A stretch of 64,000 nucleotides of DNA from Selaginella moellendorffii. Taxonomy: Eukaryota; Plantae; Lycopodiophyta. Positions 23,468 to 35,855 of this stretch are shown one piece after another; within the stretch, counting starts at the first letter, position 1; each line of letters starts with the position of its first letter. Below the pieces are notes generated by a model that was given only the letters and a program-made list of their open reading frames with translations, ran no database searches and was not told where the DNA came from. The stretch is from positions 2,923,710-2,987,709 of the forward strand of contig NW_003314264.1 in the NCBI RefSeq assembly GCF_000143415.4. Reading direction: 5' to 3'. Position numbers and translations under genes: made by a program.

Positions 23468-26279
23468 ATGGCTCTCTGGAACTGGTCGACGCTCGAGTCA
23501 TTGCTAGCGTCTAGTAGCGGATTTGCATCGTCTTGCTCGACCGTGACGAATGGGAGGAAGGTCGCCGATTCTTCCGTGTCGTTTGTCACGCACCAGCCGG
23601 CGTTTGGGAGCATCAGGTCGAGGAAGGAGAGAAAGAAATCCCAGCGCGCTCATTCTTCGCCAAACTGGAGGTCCAAGCGGATTTTTTCCTTTGGAACCAA
23701 TGACACCATCCTCCAAAACGATCTCCTTTCTGGAGATGTACCCGACTTGAAGATGCTACTGCAGAGCAAGCAGGCTCTTCAGAAGGAAGATCTGCCCCCT
23801 ATCACGATCATCGATCCGTCCGCGACTGCCACAGGTAAAGCTAGAACTTACGACTTTTCTGGTTTCTATACTGACTCAATGGATCAAACAGTGAGCGATC
23901 TAGTTCCGCCATCTTCCGAGGGAACAAAGGATGACAAAGGCCATCAAATTCAAGCCGGCACCAGGAAATCCAAGCAACAGGCTCGAAAGACATATAACAT
24001 TGTCTTTGTTGCTGCCGAAGTCGCTCCTTACTCGAAGGTTGGCGGTTTGAGTGATGTCTGCGGTTCACTGCCTGTGGTACTTGCTGCTCGTGGCCATCGG
24101 GTTATGGTGGTTTCTCCCCGTTATATGAATGGTGTGACGGATCATAGATACTCTGGGGCTTACGATGCTCAGTGTCGTATCAGAATTGGCTGCTTCAGCG
24201 GACAGCATGAAGTTGCGTTCTTTCACGAGTACAAAGACGGTGTTGACTGGGTAATCGATTCTTTTCTTTTCTCATATGAACTAACTTCCCTGGCTTGTGC
24301 TTCTCCAGGTCTTTGTCGACCATTGTTGCTATCACAGACCAGGGAATCCATACGGCGATGGTCGTGGTGCTTTCGGAGACAACCAGGTTTCCAGTTCTTT
24401 TCGCTGGTTTTTTATGTCACGAAACTAAAGAAGTGAGTATCAGTTGCCTTGATACAGTTTCGGTACACGCTACTTTGCTATGCCGCGTGTGAAGCTCCTC
24501 TTGTTCTTCCGTTGGGAGGCTACATCTACGGAGACAACTGCATTTTTCTTGCAAACGATTGGCATGCAAGCCTTGTGCCAGTGTATGTATTTTCTTCACT
24601 TCCACATTTTTGGTTAGTTCTCACAGGCATTTATCTTTTCAGTCTGCTAGCTGCTAAATATCGTCGTCACGGGGTGTATCTAGGAGCTCGTTCGATAGTG
24701 GTTATTCACAACATTACTCATCAGGTGTTGTCTATAAGTCGCATTGTTGTTAAGTCGATCTTTTCTTTGCTTTTGTCATGATAGGGATGTGAACCAGGGA
24801 CGACGTACGCTCAACTCGGACTTCCTCCTGAATGGTATGGAGCTCTGGAGTGGGTTTTCCCAACCTGGGCCAGAAAGCATGCCTTTGACAAGGGGGAAGC
24901 TGTAAATCATCTAAAAGGTGGACTTGTGACAGCTGATCGGATTGTCACCGTTAGCGAGGTTGGTTATTTCCATTGTTTGAGACTAATTTGCCTGGAGCAC
25001 ATGTTGAAGGGTTATGCCTGGGAAATAACCACGTCTGAAGGAGGATATGGTCTTGATGGGCTATTACGTAGTCGAAAAATTGTCATTAGCGGTACTGTTT
25101 GTACGTGATGTTTGTGCATTTTCTTAGACTGTGTTCAATTCAGGTATCACCAACGGCATTAACATGGCGGAATGGGATCCTACTTGTGACAAACAAATCG
25201 CTGCTCACTACTCCTTTCAAAATCTTTCTGGAAAGGTACATTGATTAGTTTGTGGAGTCGTTAATTTCAGCTATTGTTTGTATAGGCTGCGTGCAAGGCA
25301 AGCTTTCAGAAGGAACTGGGCCTGGCCGTTCGTCCCGATGTTCCTCTTGTAAGTATGTGTTACGTTGAGTGTTTTTGCGGTAGCATCTCTGATAAAAATT
25401 TCAAATGCTGCCAGATTGGATTCATTGGCCGGCTTGACTTTCAAAAAGGTCCTGACCTTCTACAAGCAGCTCTACCAGCATTGATGACAGACGATATACA
25501 AATGGTAGCTAGTCTAATTTCTCCTTAAGAATCTACTCATGTTTTTCTATCTAAAATCAGGTAATGCTTGGTTCTGGCGATGCTGCCATGGAATCGTGGA
25601 TGCAATGGGCCGAGTCGCATTACAGGGACAAGTTTCGAGGCTGGGTTGGCTTCAATGTACCTCTTACTCATCGCCTTATCGCGGGGTACCTGAAAGCGGT
25701 CTCCTTGCAGGAGCTAACAATATTCTTGTGCGTGGCTTTTTGCAGGTGCGACATCCTTGTGATGCCTTCAAGATTTGAGCCGTGTGGATTGACTCAACTC
25801 TATGCCATGAGATATGGCACGATACCTGTTGTGCATTGTACTGGCGGACTGCGAGTAAGCTCTTGTTACAGTTTTTAAGCTCTCTAACTTGTCTTGTCCT
25901 TTTTATCAGGATACTGTGGAAGACTTCCATCCGTTTGCAAACAATGGCCAAGGTGCTGGGACGGGGTAAGCTCTAGTGTATGTCTAAAACTTAGAAGTGC
26001 TTATATTCACCGCTGCAGCTGGACGTTCTATCCTTGCACAAAGGACGCAATGCTGGGGGTACGTACGCATGCGTCGCTTCCAAAGATAAACAAGCAACTC
26101 AACACTTCTCAACTTTACAGGTTTTGTGGACGGCCATTGGTACATACCGGCACCACAAAGATTCATGGAAGGGCATAATGCGCAGAGCTATGTCTCAAGA
26201 CTACTCTTGGGATCGAGCAGCGGCAAAGTACGAGCAGCTGTTCGAATGGGCTACGATAGATAGGCCATACACATCGTAG
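23468..26279 (+). CDS. SS1: Soluble starch synthase I (GT5, plastid), multi-exon
   Basis: [25 protein letters not shown]; GNPYGD; [12 protein letters not shown]; [19 protein letters not shown]; IGRLDFQKG; [20 protein letters not shown]; [15 protein letters not shown]. Confidence 0.95.
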
Positions 26280-26303
26280 AGGCTGTGGCTTAGGGTTCTT
26301 TTG

Positions 26304-27393
26304 ATGGCCTCCCTCGAGATCGTCGACTACGTGATGCTGGAAGCTGCGGCAAGTGATGTAGGGGTCAGGGAGCGTGTCGTTAGAGCATTAGGAGGTGCAG
26401 GGATGATTGCGGTACGTAACGTTCCTGGCTTGGAGTACCTCCGCAGCGTACTTCTTCCTCAGGCTCGAACTTTGGCGCTAATGCCCGACTTAGATCGGAA
26501 GTCAGTGCTCAAGGTAATAACGTTCATTTTCTAACGTTTATGATCTTCTGGTTTTCCTTCCTTCGTAGGAGAATCTCCTGGGATCAGATGTGCCACTAAA
26601 GCGAAAGGACAGACTTGTATCATCTTTTGTCACCCAGCTTCCAGTTTCTCGTAGCGAGACCGACCAGACACCCGATCAGCTCGTACTCAAGACGGGTGAG
26701 TTGTTCAGGCATCTCGGCTACAGGCTAATAGACGTGGGAGTCAGAGTTGCTCGGGTCTGCGACACAGCTCTCCCGGGACTGCAACTTGAGAAAACAATTC
26801 TGGGCTCTCAGACAGCTAAAGGCCGGCTCATTCACTACCATTCTGAATGTGAAAGGCTTCCTCGACCGGATCCAGCTCAGAGGGAGTTGAGTGGCTCAGA
26901 GTTTTGGCAACAGTGGCATTATGACTACGGAGTGTTGACAGTATTGACAGCACCGGTGTATATCAACGCTTCTGGATCTGTAGGACAGAGTCATTCCTCG
27001 TTGGTTGCGATGGATAGTTGGACGGGATCAGTAACTGCAGTGAATATACCGGATGGCAGTGTTTTGGTCCAGGTGGGAGAAGCTGCGCAGATTTTCTCTG
27101 GTGGAAAGCTTCGCGCAACCGCTCATTGTGTCGTGAAGCCCCAGCTCGACCCGGAAGCCAGCAGAGAGACGTTTGTAGTATTTTTGCAACCTGCATGGGA
27201 TAAGGCCCTCTCTTGTCAAGTCGCACTGGAAGACGGTGACGAAACAGGCAGCGGGGATAACAGGATCAGTGTGATACCACCTCTGGAGACGAGATGGAAG
27301 AAAGGTTGTACGTTTGCTGAGTTCTCAAAGCAGACAACAGGGCAGTACTATGGCTCGAAGGGAATCCAATCCAACAAGACGAGAGCAGTGTGA
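26304..27393 (+). CDS. 2-oxoglutarate/Fe(II)-dependent oxygenase-like protein; exons 26304-26513 and 26569-27393
   Basis: GMIAVRNVPG; LGSDVPLKRKDRLVSSF; AKGRLIHYHS; WQQWHYDYGVLTVLT (HxD); VQVGEAAQIFSGGKLRATAHCV; SRETFVVFLQPAWD. Confidence 0.88.
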
Positions 27394-27672
27394 AAACGGC
27401 AAAGCATCCACTAACTTATGCGATCCTCAATCAGGCAGCCGTAAAGTTCTTTCTGGTAACATCTCTTTTTTTCTTTTCTTGCTTTATCTTTGCTTCATTA
27501 ACAAACGCAATGCTAGTTGCTGCTGCACTGACTTACAGGTAAAATCACAACGACTGCATAGATTTTTCTCTCGACATATGTGGTTCTGGTTTGTGACACA
27601 TTGACGAGCAATCTCAATACGTTTGTATTGAAAAGAATGGTGGCTGTCGGTGGTGTACAAACTTGTCCTCTC

Positions 27673-29100
27673 TCAGCAACCAATGGTGCTAGCTCGCCAC
27701 TCCATCACAACGAGCGCGGCCTTGTAGTGAGCATAAGCACCCAGGATAACCATGACGTGAAATATCTGGTGGCTGTGTCCGGCAATGTCGAAGAACCCCG
27801 GCTTCCACCTTTCGGGAATCCTGGCAGCGTAGACAAGTGTCCCGGAGAGGTAGAAGACCACCATGGCGAGCTCGTATCCCAGGACGACGAAGCACATCGG
27901 CATGTTCCAGTTCTGGACGACCGCATGAGCTCCTGGTATCACTCCGGACAGTCCCATGGAGACGAAGAGCATGGTTCTAAAGATTCGGAACTTGGGAGAG
28001 TGGAGGCAGGGGATGACGGTAACGAAGACCGCGCCGATTCCAAACAGGGTGATCCCGGCGAGGTAGACGAATTGCCAGAGCGGCTGACAGTGGAAGACGT
28101 AGTAGATTGGCGGATAGAAGGACGTAGCGATCATCACTGCGATGCCGGCGTAGTCGAGCCTCCACATTAGCGAGGAGACGCTCCTCGAGTGGCAGGAGAG
28201 GAGGTGGGAGGTGCTGCTGGTTAGCAGGCACGTCATGGCTCCCAGGAGGAAGACGAAGAATGGCCATCGCGCAAACTCGGCTGGTGCTACTGGGACGCCT
28301 GCCGCGATTGATTCGTCCTGGTGAAGTGACAAAGGTGGTCAGTTCAGTTCTATTCAGGATCGAGCCATCGAAGTTGGAAACTTACCAGGATTACGTGTGA
28401 GGCATTAAGTCCTGGCCGCTGGTGGAAGACGCTGCTGCTGCTGCTACTTCTCGGCATGAGCAGCGACAGAGACGAGCTGCCGCTCATCACGAGTTCCTCC
28501 TGGAGCTTGTTAAACTTCGGCACGCTAGGGAGCCTCTCCCAGTTGCTGCTGGGCGCGTTCACGTTGACAGCTGCGTAGATTGTGAGGGCGAGGAAGATGG
28601 CGAAGCCGACCAAGTGCCTGCATCGCAGTCGAGAGGAAGCTCTGAGCAACAGCGATCGAAAAAAGCGGAAGAAGTGGAGAAGCTCCACCAAAATGCTCCT
28701 TTTCCACCATCGGGAAGAACAGGAACAGGAGGGGGAAAACTTACGTCCAGATGTTGAGGGTCTCGTTGTGGACGGAGAAGATGCTAAGCAGCGTGTGCTT
28801 GAGCGGCCAGTCGGCGCGATAGTACTTGAGGATGTACTCGTTGTCACGCAGATAATCGGGCAATGCTTGGTACTCGACGAGCTCGTACTGCTCCTTGATG
28901 GTAACCCAGATCTTCTTCTTCTTGCCATCGCCGGCTTGCGTGGATGAGGAGGAAGAAGGGTGATCGCCGGAAGACGAAGCCGAAGCAGTGGACACGGTCA
29001 CCTCCTTGACGACTGCCCGCTTCTCCAGCACCGATTCGCTCCTCTGCTGCTGCCGGAGAGGGGAATTGGTCGTGGTGGGCTTGTGGGTCGTGCAACCCAT
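27673..29100 (-). CDS. Heptahelical transmembrane protein (HHP1-like; PAQR/haemolysin-III family), 3 exons
   Basis: LPDYLRDNEYILKYYR; SVHNETLNIWT|HLVGF; SSTSHLLSCHS; RLDYAGI; RIPERWKPGFFDIAGHSHQIFH. Confidence 0.93.
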
Positions 29101-29922
29101 CAACGCAAACTCTCGCGCGTCCTCGCTGCTTTCCTCCAAGAACTCTCCTGGCAATGATCGGGGCGTTAAAGCTCAAGAACTCCAAGAAAGAAAAGGGGGC
29201 CGAGAAGAGGGCCAAATGGAGAGCCGGGCGCGCGAGAGAGAGAGGGAGAGAGACGCGATCGATGAGAGAAGAATGTGGAGTGGTAGACCCACCAAATTAT
29301 AAAACAAAGCAAGCACAGCGAGGCCCAGCACAGCAAAAGGGGGAAGAAGCGCACAGTGCACGGCAATGCAATGCAATTCGCGAGAACAAGGCTCTGTGCT
29401 GGCCGTGGATGGATCCACCTTGGAAAGAAACCCTATTTATCGCCAAAGCGATGTGCTGCGAGACGGGCTTGGAAATCCGGGCGTTGACTCCCCCCTCCCC
29501 TCCGCGTTGACTCATCCCGTTGATCGTTGTTGACCGTCTCCCGCCCCTTTCACTCCCCCATTCAATGCGCTCAGATTTTTCTTACCTGCAAAGTTTGTCA
29601 CTACCACTAATCGTCGCACCAACCAATCCAAGAAAGACGCAACATTTGAATTCACCAAAGATTCCCGAAAATATTCTTTCAGAGATTTTTAATTTTAAAA
29701 AAATCCGCTGGCCTGGAAATTGTCAACGCGCGTTCTGTTACTGCCCAGAAAAATAGTCAACGCGTTCCATAGCCAGGAAAACCAACACATTGTTCATCAT
29801 TATCTAGGCAACATTTAGCAACCTGAGTGAGTTATGTGAGTATTTCTCAGCATATCAAGATCTCGGATCGATCAGACTCTCCCCTTGCTCGCTCGCTCGA
29901 TCGAGTTGATCGAGTCGATCGA

Positions 29923-31938
29923 TCAACCCATGGAGTATGATGGAGCCGGGAGGTTGATGACCGTGGTCTTTATCTTGGTCATCATCGCGATGCTGTTTGT
30001 GACACCTTGAGAGCCGATGCCACTGTCTCGGAGTCCCTGCCACGCCAAAAAGTCGTGTGAGTTTTCTTTTTTAACTTCCTTTCGTGGCTCCTGTTGCTTA
30101 CCTGGAAGGGGAAGTGATCGGGACCACGGGCAGGGGCAGAATTGATTTGCACGGTTCCGGTTTCCATTGCGTCGCTTATCATCATCGCCTTGTTTACGTC
30201 CCGGGTGAAGACGCATCCCTGCGAAATCATGTTGATTGGGGTGAGATCAATGTAGAAAAGCTGTAGGTACCTGAAGCGCAAAGTTGCTCGCATTGCAGTG
30301 GTGGATTCCTTCTTCCACGCTGCTTATCCGGATGACAGGCACAATAGGACCGAATGGCTCTTCCCAGGCTATTCGCATGTCGGGTCTAACGTGGTCCAGC
30401 AGCAATGGCCATATGAGGTTGCCTTCCCTCTTGTATTCCTACACAGGCAAAGAAACGAAGGAACTCGGTTAAGAATTGGCAATGGTAAGGAGAGATGCAA
30501 ACAAACCTGACAGAACGTTGCACCCTTTTCTTTTGCATCCTTCACGAGTCCTTCGATAAAGTTCGCAGACGATTCGGTCACCACAGCAGTAATGTCGCAG
30601 TCATCTTCAGGCGCACCTACTTTCAGCTTTGCAATCTTCGCATTCACCTTGGAGACAAGATCGTCGGCCACGGATTCCATGACGAGCACTACTTTCACAG
30701 CGGTACAACGTTGGCCACTGCCAGAGAGTTAGAAAGTTAGTAAAAAACAAGTCGACGACGTCAAGAACACCTGTAAGAGAAGCCGCCTTTCACAACGTTA
30801 GCAGCAGCAAGATCAATGTCAGCATCATCTAGAACAATGCAAGCATCTTTTCCACCGAGCTCCATCTGGAGTGGAATCATCCCGGCTTTTTTGGAAATGG
30901 CGATACCAGTGTCACCACCTGTAAAGCTTTACACAAAAAAGAACACCGTTCAGTCCAGAACACGAAGACAGTATCAAAGACATACCTTATACAATGGACC
31001 CCAGGATGCATTGTTAAAAAGTCGCCTATTTCCGAGCCCTTTCCTGTTATACAGCTTATCAAGCCCTTCGGGAATCCAGCTCGATGGAAGCATTGCACGG
31101 TGTGCAAGCCGGCAACAGCCCCTTGCGTGGGCGGCTTCAGCACGATAGCATTTCCAGCGATCAAAGCGGGAGCGATCTTAGACACTGCGAGATTCACCGG
31201 ATAATTAAATGGAGGGATGGCCAGGACAACTCCAAGAGGGATCTGCCAGTTAAACATATAAGTACACAACAACCAACCTCATTGAGGAAGAAAAAAAAGC
31301 TATTTCCCACCTTTGAAGTGAGACATAACTTAGTCCTGTCATTGCCCGGGAAACTGTCAGAGACTAGAAACTTGCCCTCCGCCAAAATCCTCACACCCTC
31401 TTCCGCGGTGTATGAAATGAGATCTCCAGATCGAACCACCTGTAGCCACGAAAACAATGTGGATGGTATTCATATAAACAATTGTGTATCACGAGATCCA
31501 GCAAAAAACAAAGGTAGAAAGTAGTATAGATTCATACCTCCGAGACCGCATCCTTGGCAGGCTTGGCGATTTCCTTCACCAGGCACTCGGCGATGGGATC
31601 CTTGAGCTCCTTGAGCAGCGCCGCCGCCTTGTGGAGCGCCTCCGCGCGCTTCCACAGCGGTACCTTTGCCCACAGCTTTTGCGCCGCCTTGGCGCTGTCA
31701 ATCGCCTTGTTTACCTCTTCTTGCGTGCATGCTGCGCGAGATCCCACACAGATCGAGCGAAATTCTCACCAGCAAGAGCCATAATCCCACCTTGGACCTT
31801 GTACTGCGCCTCCCGGGTGGAGGGGTTGTAAATCGTGACCGATTTGCCCGACGACGATGTCCTCCACTCGCCATCCGCGTAGTACTTGTAGACGCCGCCG
31901 TCGATGATCTCCTCGAATGGCCCAGTCCCAGCAGCCAT
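29923..31938 (-). CDS. GAPN: Non-phosphorylating NADP-dependent glyceraldehyde-3-phosphate dehydrogenase (ALDH11), multi-exon
   Basis: [18 protein letters not shown]; [25 protein letters not shown]; QMELGGKDA; GQRCTAVK; EEPFGP; [15 protein letters not shown]; [11 protein letters not shown]; [11 protein letters not shown]. Confidence 0.96.
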
Positions 31939-32212
31939 GGCGATTGTGGATCGATCTTCCTCCTCCCCTGGAATGAGCGAGCTATCTAAACCCCAATGCC
32001 TCGTAAGAATGTGAAAAGCCTGTACGAGAGACACGTGGACCAATGCACAGTGATCATTTGCTCGTGGCTAGGATGCTGCCAGCTCGGCCCCGAATATCCT
32101 TCAAAAAAGCCGCGATCCGGTGGTAGATGGACGTCAAGATCTCGAGACAATGCCAAAACGTGATTGCACGAATCCAGCTGAAAAATCCTTTTTACTCAAC
32201 AGGTTTTTACCG

Positions 32213-34282
32213 CTAATTTAAATCTCGCGCCAATTCCATCCCACCTTTGATGGTGTTCGAGAGGAGCACGTAGGCGGAGGAGTCGCGAGGGCAAATTTCC
32301 AGCATTTGTTCCAGCACTCGAGATCCACTCGCTCGATCGCAATGGCTCCGGCAAGCAGCGAGCAGGCTCCTCCAATCCACCAGATCGGGCACGAATGGCA
32401 TTCGCGACACCAGCTCCAGCGATTCTTCCAGGTGTCCCGATCGGCCCAGCAGATCGATCAGGCAGCTGTAGTGTTGCTTCCCGGCCTGGAGATCGAAATC
32501 CGCCGCCATGCCTGAGAAGTAGGACTTCCCAAGATCTGGCTTCCCGGCGCGGCTGCAAGCAACTAGGAGAGACACGAAGCAAGATTCGTCGAAAGGTACG
32601 CCCCTGATCTTCATCTCGTCGCTCAGGTCGATTGCCTGGGAGAGATTTCCACTGTGCGAGTATCCAACCAGCATTGCGCTCCATGACGCGAGGCTTTGCT
32701 CTTCCATTCCATTGAAGATCTTGCAAGCGCGCGGGAGATTTCCTCTCAGCGCAAATGCAACGATCATGGTGTTCCAAGTGATCGAATCGCGCTCCGGCAT
32801 CTCATAGAGAAGGATGAGTGCTCGCTCTAGAAGGCCACAGTGAGTAAACGAGGAAAGGAGCGTGTTCCAAGAGACCTGGATGTGTTGGGGCATGGAATCG
32901 AACACCCTCTGGGCCTCTTCCAGATACCCGGCCTGAGAATATGCCGCCAGCATCGTATCCCAGGATACCACATTTCTTTGGGGGAGAGAATCAAACAAGC
33001 ACTTGGCATTTTCCAGTTGCCCAGCTTGGGTATATGCGGACAGCATAATGTTCAAGGACACTAAATTCCATCTGGGCATTTTCTCAAAGGTTTCCTTCGC
33101 TAGCTTTACGTCATTGTTTAACGAATATGCGGAAAGCATAGCCGTGCACGAAATCACGTCTCTTTGAGGCATCTGGTCGAACACTTGCTTAGCATGAGAA
33201 ATATTCCCTACCTGGGCATATCCGAAAAGAAGTGAGTTCCACGAGAGAAGGTTCCTTTCCGGCATGCTGTCAAAATGCTTCCTAGCCTGGGACATGTCGC
33301 CTTTCCCAGCATATGCCGATACCATGGAAGTTTGAGATACCAGATTCTGTACAGGCATGTCGTGAAACACTCGCTCGGCATCTTCGAGAAGACTGTTTTG
33401 GGCATATGCTGTAAGAAGCGCATTCCATGTAAAGAGATTCCATTGTGGCATAGAATCAAATGTAGATTTGGCGTCGTCGACGTCCCCATTTTGACCAAGC
33501 ACAGTGACCATCATAGTCCACGACACTATGTTTCTGAGTGGCATCTCACAAAATATCCCTTTTGCATCTTCCAGATGCCCGTTGTGGGCATATGCTGTTA
33601 GCATGGCGTTCCATGCTGGCAAATCCCTCTCTGGCATCTCATCAAAAATTTCTTTGGCCTCCTCAAAGTCTTTGTTTTGAGAATATGCAGCTAGAATGGC
33701 AGTCCATGTTACTAGGTCACGCTGGGGAATATCGTCAAAGATTGCTCTAGCTTCCTCTATATATCCTTGTTGGGCATATGCCAAGAGAACGGCCGTCCAA
33801 GATGCCAGATTCTTTTCTGGCATCTTGGAAAACGTTTCGCTGGCTTCTTCAAGAAGCCCGTGCTTCGCCTGTAAAATAACTAGGCTCGCCCACGAGATCA
33901 AATCCCTCTCGGGCATTTTGTCAAAAACTGCTTTGGCGTCGAGCAAATTCCCTGTTTGGGTAAGCGCGACGACCAAAATGTTCCACGCGATCAAGCTCGG
34001 CTCTGGGATTGCACCAAAGAATCTCTTAGCATGGTCTAGATGGCCGCTGCGTGTGTATGCCAACAACATGAACTCCCAAGAGAAGGAATTCTTGTGTTGG
34101 ATGGCATTGAAGATTTGGAGCGCCTCAACAGCTCCCTTGCACTCCGCATACATTTTGATCAGCTTGTTGTGCATGAAAACATCGCTGGGCTTGAGGAAGG
34201 GCTTGACCCGAGCGTGAGCAACTTTAGCTGTAGACAATGTCTTACATGAGTCAAGGAAACTAGCACATTCGTCACGAAGCAT
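32213..34282 (-). CDS. PLS-class pentatricopeptide repeat protein with long runs of 31-aa S-type motifs and a truncated E region (no DYW); candidate organellar RNA-editing specificity factor; intronless
   Basis: Repeated AKxxFDxMPxRxxxSWxxxxxAY motifs; terminal HYSCLIDLLGRSGHLEE...MPFVPDLVDWRSLLAACRSH...SAYVLLSN, then a stop. The first ATG is at 34282 (frame open from 34330). Confidence 0.92.
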   Translation of the reverse strand: MLRDECASFLDSCKTLSTAKVAHARVKPFLKPSDVFMHNKLIKMYAECKGAVEALQIFNAIQHKNSFSWEFMLLAYTRSGHLDHAKRFFGAIPEPSLIAWNILVVALTQTGNLLDAKAVFDKMPERDLISWASLVILQAKHGLLEEASETFSKMPEKNLASWTAVLLAYAQQGYIEEARAIFDDIPQRDLVTWTAILAAYSQNKDFEEAKEIFDEMPERDLPAWNAMLTAYAHNGHLEDAKGIFCEMPLRNIVSWTMMVTVLGQNGDVDDAKSTFDSMPQWNLFTWNALLTAYAQNSLLEDAERVFHDMPVQNLVSQTSMVSAYAGKGDMSQARKHFDSMPERNLLSWNSLLFGYAQVGNISHAKQVFDQMPQRDVISCTAMLSAYSLNNDVKLAKETFEKMPRWNLVSLNIMLSAYTQAGQLENAKCLFDSLPQRNVVSWDTMLAAYSQAGYLEEAQRVFDSMPQHIQVSWNTLLSSFTHCGLLERALILLYEMPERDSITWNTMIVAFALRGNLPRACKIFNGMEEQSLASWSAMLVGYSHSGNLSQAIDLSDEMKIRGVPFDESCFVSLLVACSRAGKPDLGKSYFSGMAADFDLQAGKQHYSCLIDLLGRSGHLEESLELVSRMPFVPDLVDWRSLLAACRSHCDRASGSRVLEQMLEICPRDSSAYVLLSNTIKGGMELARDLN

Positions 34283-35048
34283 TTCCCATGTCTGTTTATA
34301 TCCAATAGTAGATGTTCCACAACCAGTCACAATTTGCTGCTTTAATTTTCAAAAATTTTAAAATTTGTTGATTCATTTATTCAAATTTTCAAATTAAGGA
34401 CTAAATTAATGAAGTTGATATGATTTAGTTGGGAAGTAATAAAAAATTTTAAATTAAGAACAATCACTTTCTTAAAAAATTAAATATAATATAGTTTAAG
34501 TAGTTTATAAGTAGTTTATATAATATTTCTCTTGGAAAACTTTCCCACAAAATGAAATAAATTGTATAATATTTATTTATGGAAAACATAATGTTACAAA
34601 AGTATCATCATGGATTTGTGTGAATTTAATTTGGTTAATCAGTCACACACATTCATAAGGATGAATGACAAATAATCCACCAAACATCCAAATAATTCAC
34701 TAAATCATCAAACAATTATCTATTAAATTAATCATTAAAACTTTATTTAGTAAAAAATTATTCACTAAATTTATCATGTCAAAGTATGACATCACTCAAG
34801 TTATTAATGTATCATCTAAATTAGTAAAGGGTTTCTATATATGCAAAAGTTTATAAGAGCAAATGATTTAAGTATAAATATATAAATTTGTTTTGTTAGG
34901 TCCAAATGTACGGCTATGATGCCGTATACTAATATTAACATAATAAGATTTTGGTAGCTATCAAATTTGTTTCAATCCGGACCACTCACTTCTGTATATA
35001 AATTAAAGTTTTTGAGCTAATTGATATGCATATTCTATGCACTCACAT

Positions 35049-35066
35049 TAGTGGAGGTGAAAGACA
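35049..35066 (+). other. Primer-binding site of family C, complementary to the tRNA-Ala 3' end
   Basis: TAGTGGAGGTGAAAGACA versus TGGTGGAGGTGAGGGGCA (reverse complement of the window's tRNA-Ala 3' end plus CCA): 14/18 identical, all differences G->A, 1 nt after ...TCACA. Confidence 0.72.
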
Positions 35067-35855
35067 CTTTTCATTGTCCCTGAAAAATGCTTAAATTTGG
35101 GATTTTGGTTTAGATTTAGCTTTTGTATTGTTTAAATCTAACTTTTTCCATTTCCTTTCTTTTATTCTTTCCTTTCAAGATTTTAGTTTAGATTTAGCTT
35201 TTCCATTGTTTAAATCTCTTTTTTCTTCTAGTTTTTTCTTTTCATTTATCTTCTTTTACTCTTTCCTTTTCATTTATTTTCATGGCAGAGTAATAGTCTT
35301 TTCCTCCTTTGACTTTGGAGTAGCAATTAGTGCAATTGTTTAATGCTATGCAATTGCAATTAAACAACCAAACTCAGTTAATCGTGGCATTCATAACACG
35401 TGGTATAGCTCCTCCTACTCTTGGTGCCAATCCTTGCGTTCGGCCAGAGTTCTTTTGTGGGAATCCTAAGGATGATGTGTACTATTGATTTGATCACTTC
35501 ACAGTGATTACCACATATCATTCTTAGGATAATGTTTGATGTTTACGTAAGTTTCCCATGTGTTTCCAAAGGACAACACTGCAATTGTACAATGGTTTAA
35601 GTGTAGCCACTCATGGGGATTAGAGTGTTCTTTTGGATGTCTTCAAATGCTCATTTAAAATGCTAACGATTATAATGATGCTTTCCAACAATTACATTAT
35701 CTTCGTTAAGGGCCATCTGAGTCGGTAATGCAATTTGGCGTCCATTTCTGAAGCCTCTTACTTCGTGCGGAGCCAAATATGTCGAAGTGGATCAAGCTAG
35801 GAATGTTGTGGCTAACACTTCGTCAAAATCTTGTTGGACTTATGCATTTACTTGC

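Noticed and set aside
29856-29925. Clusters of GATCGA/CGATCG palindromes (HIP1-like)
   Set aside because: Scattered through UTRs and introns across the gene-rich half; looks like a genome-wide compositional trait rather than a discrete element.
6777-31938. Carbohydrate-metabolism gene cluster (UTR5-like, G6P epimerase, CofD-like, SS1, GAPN)
   Set aside because: The genes are interspersed with unrelated ones, act in different compartments and do not form one pathway; chance is sufficient.
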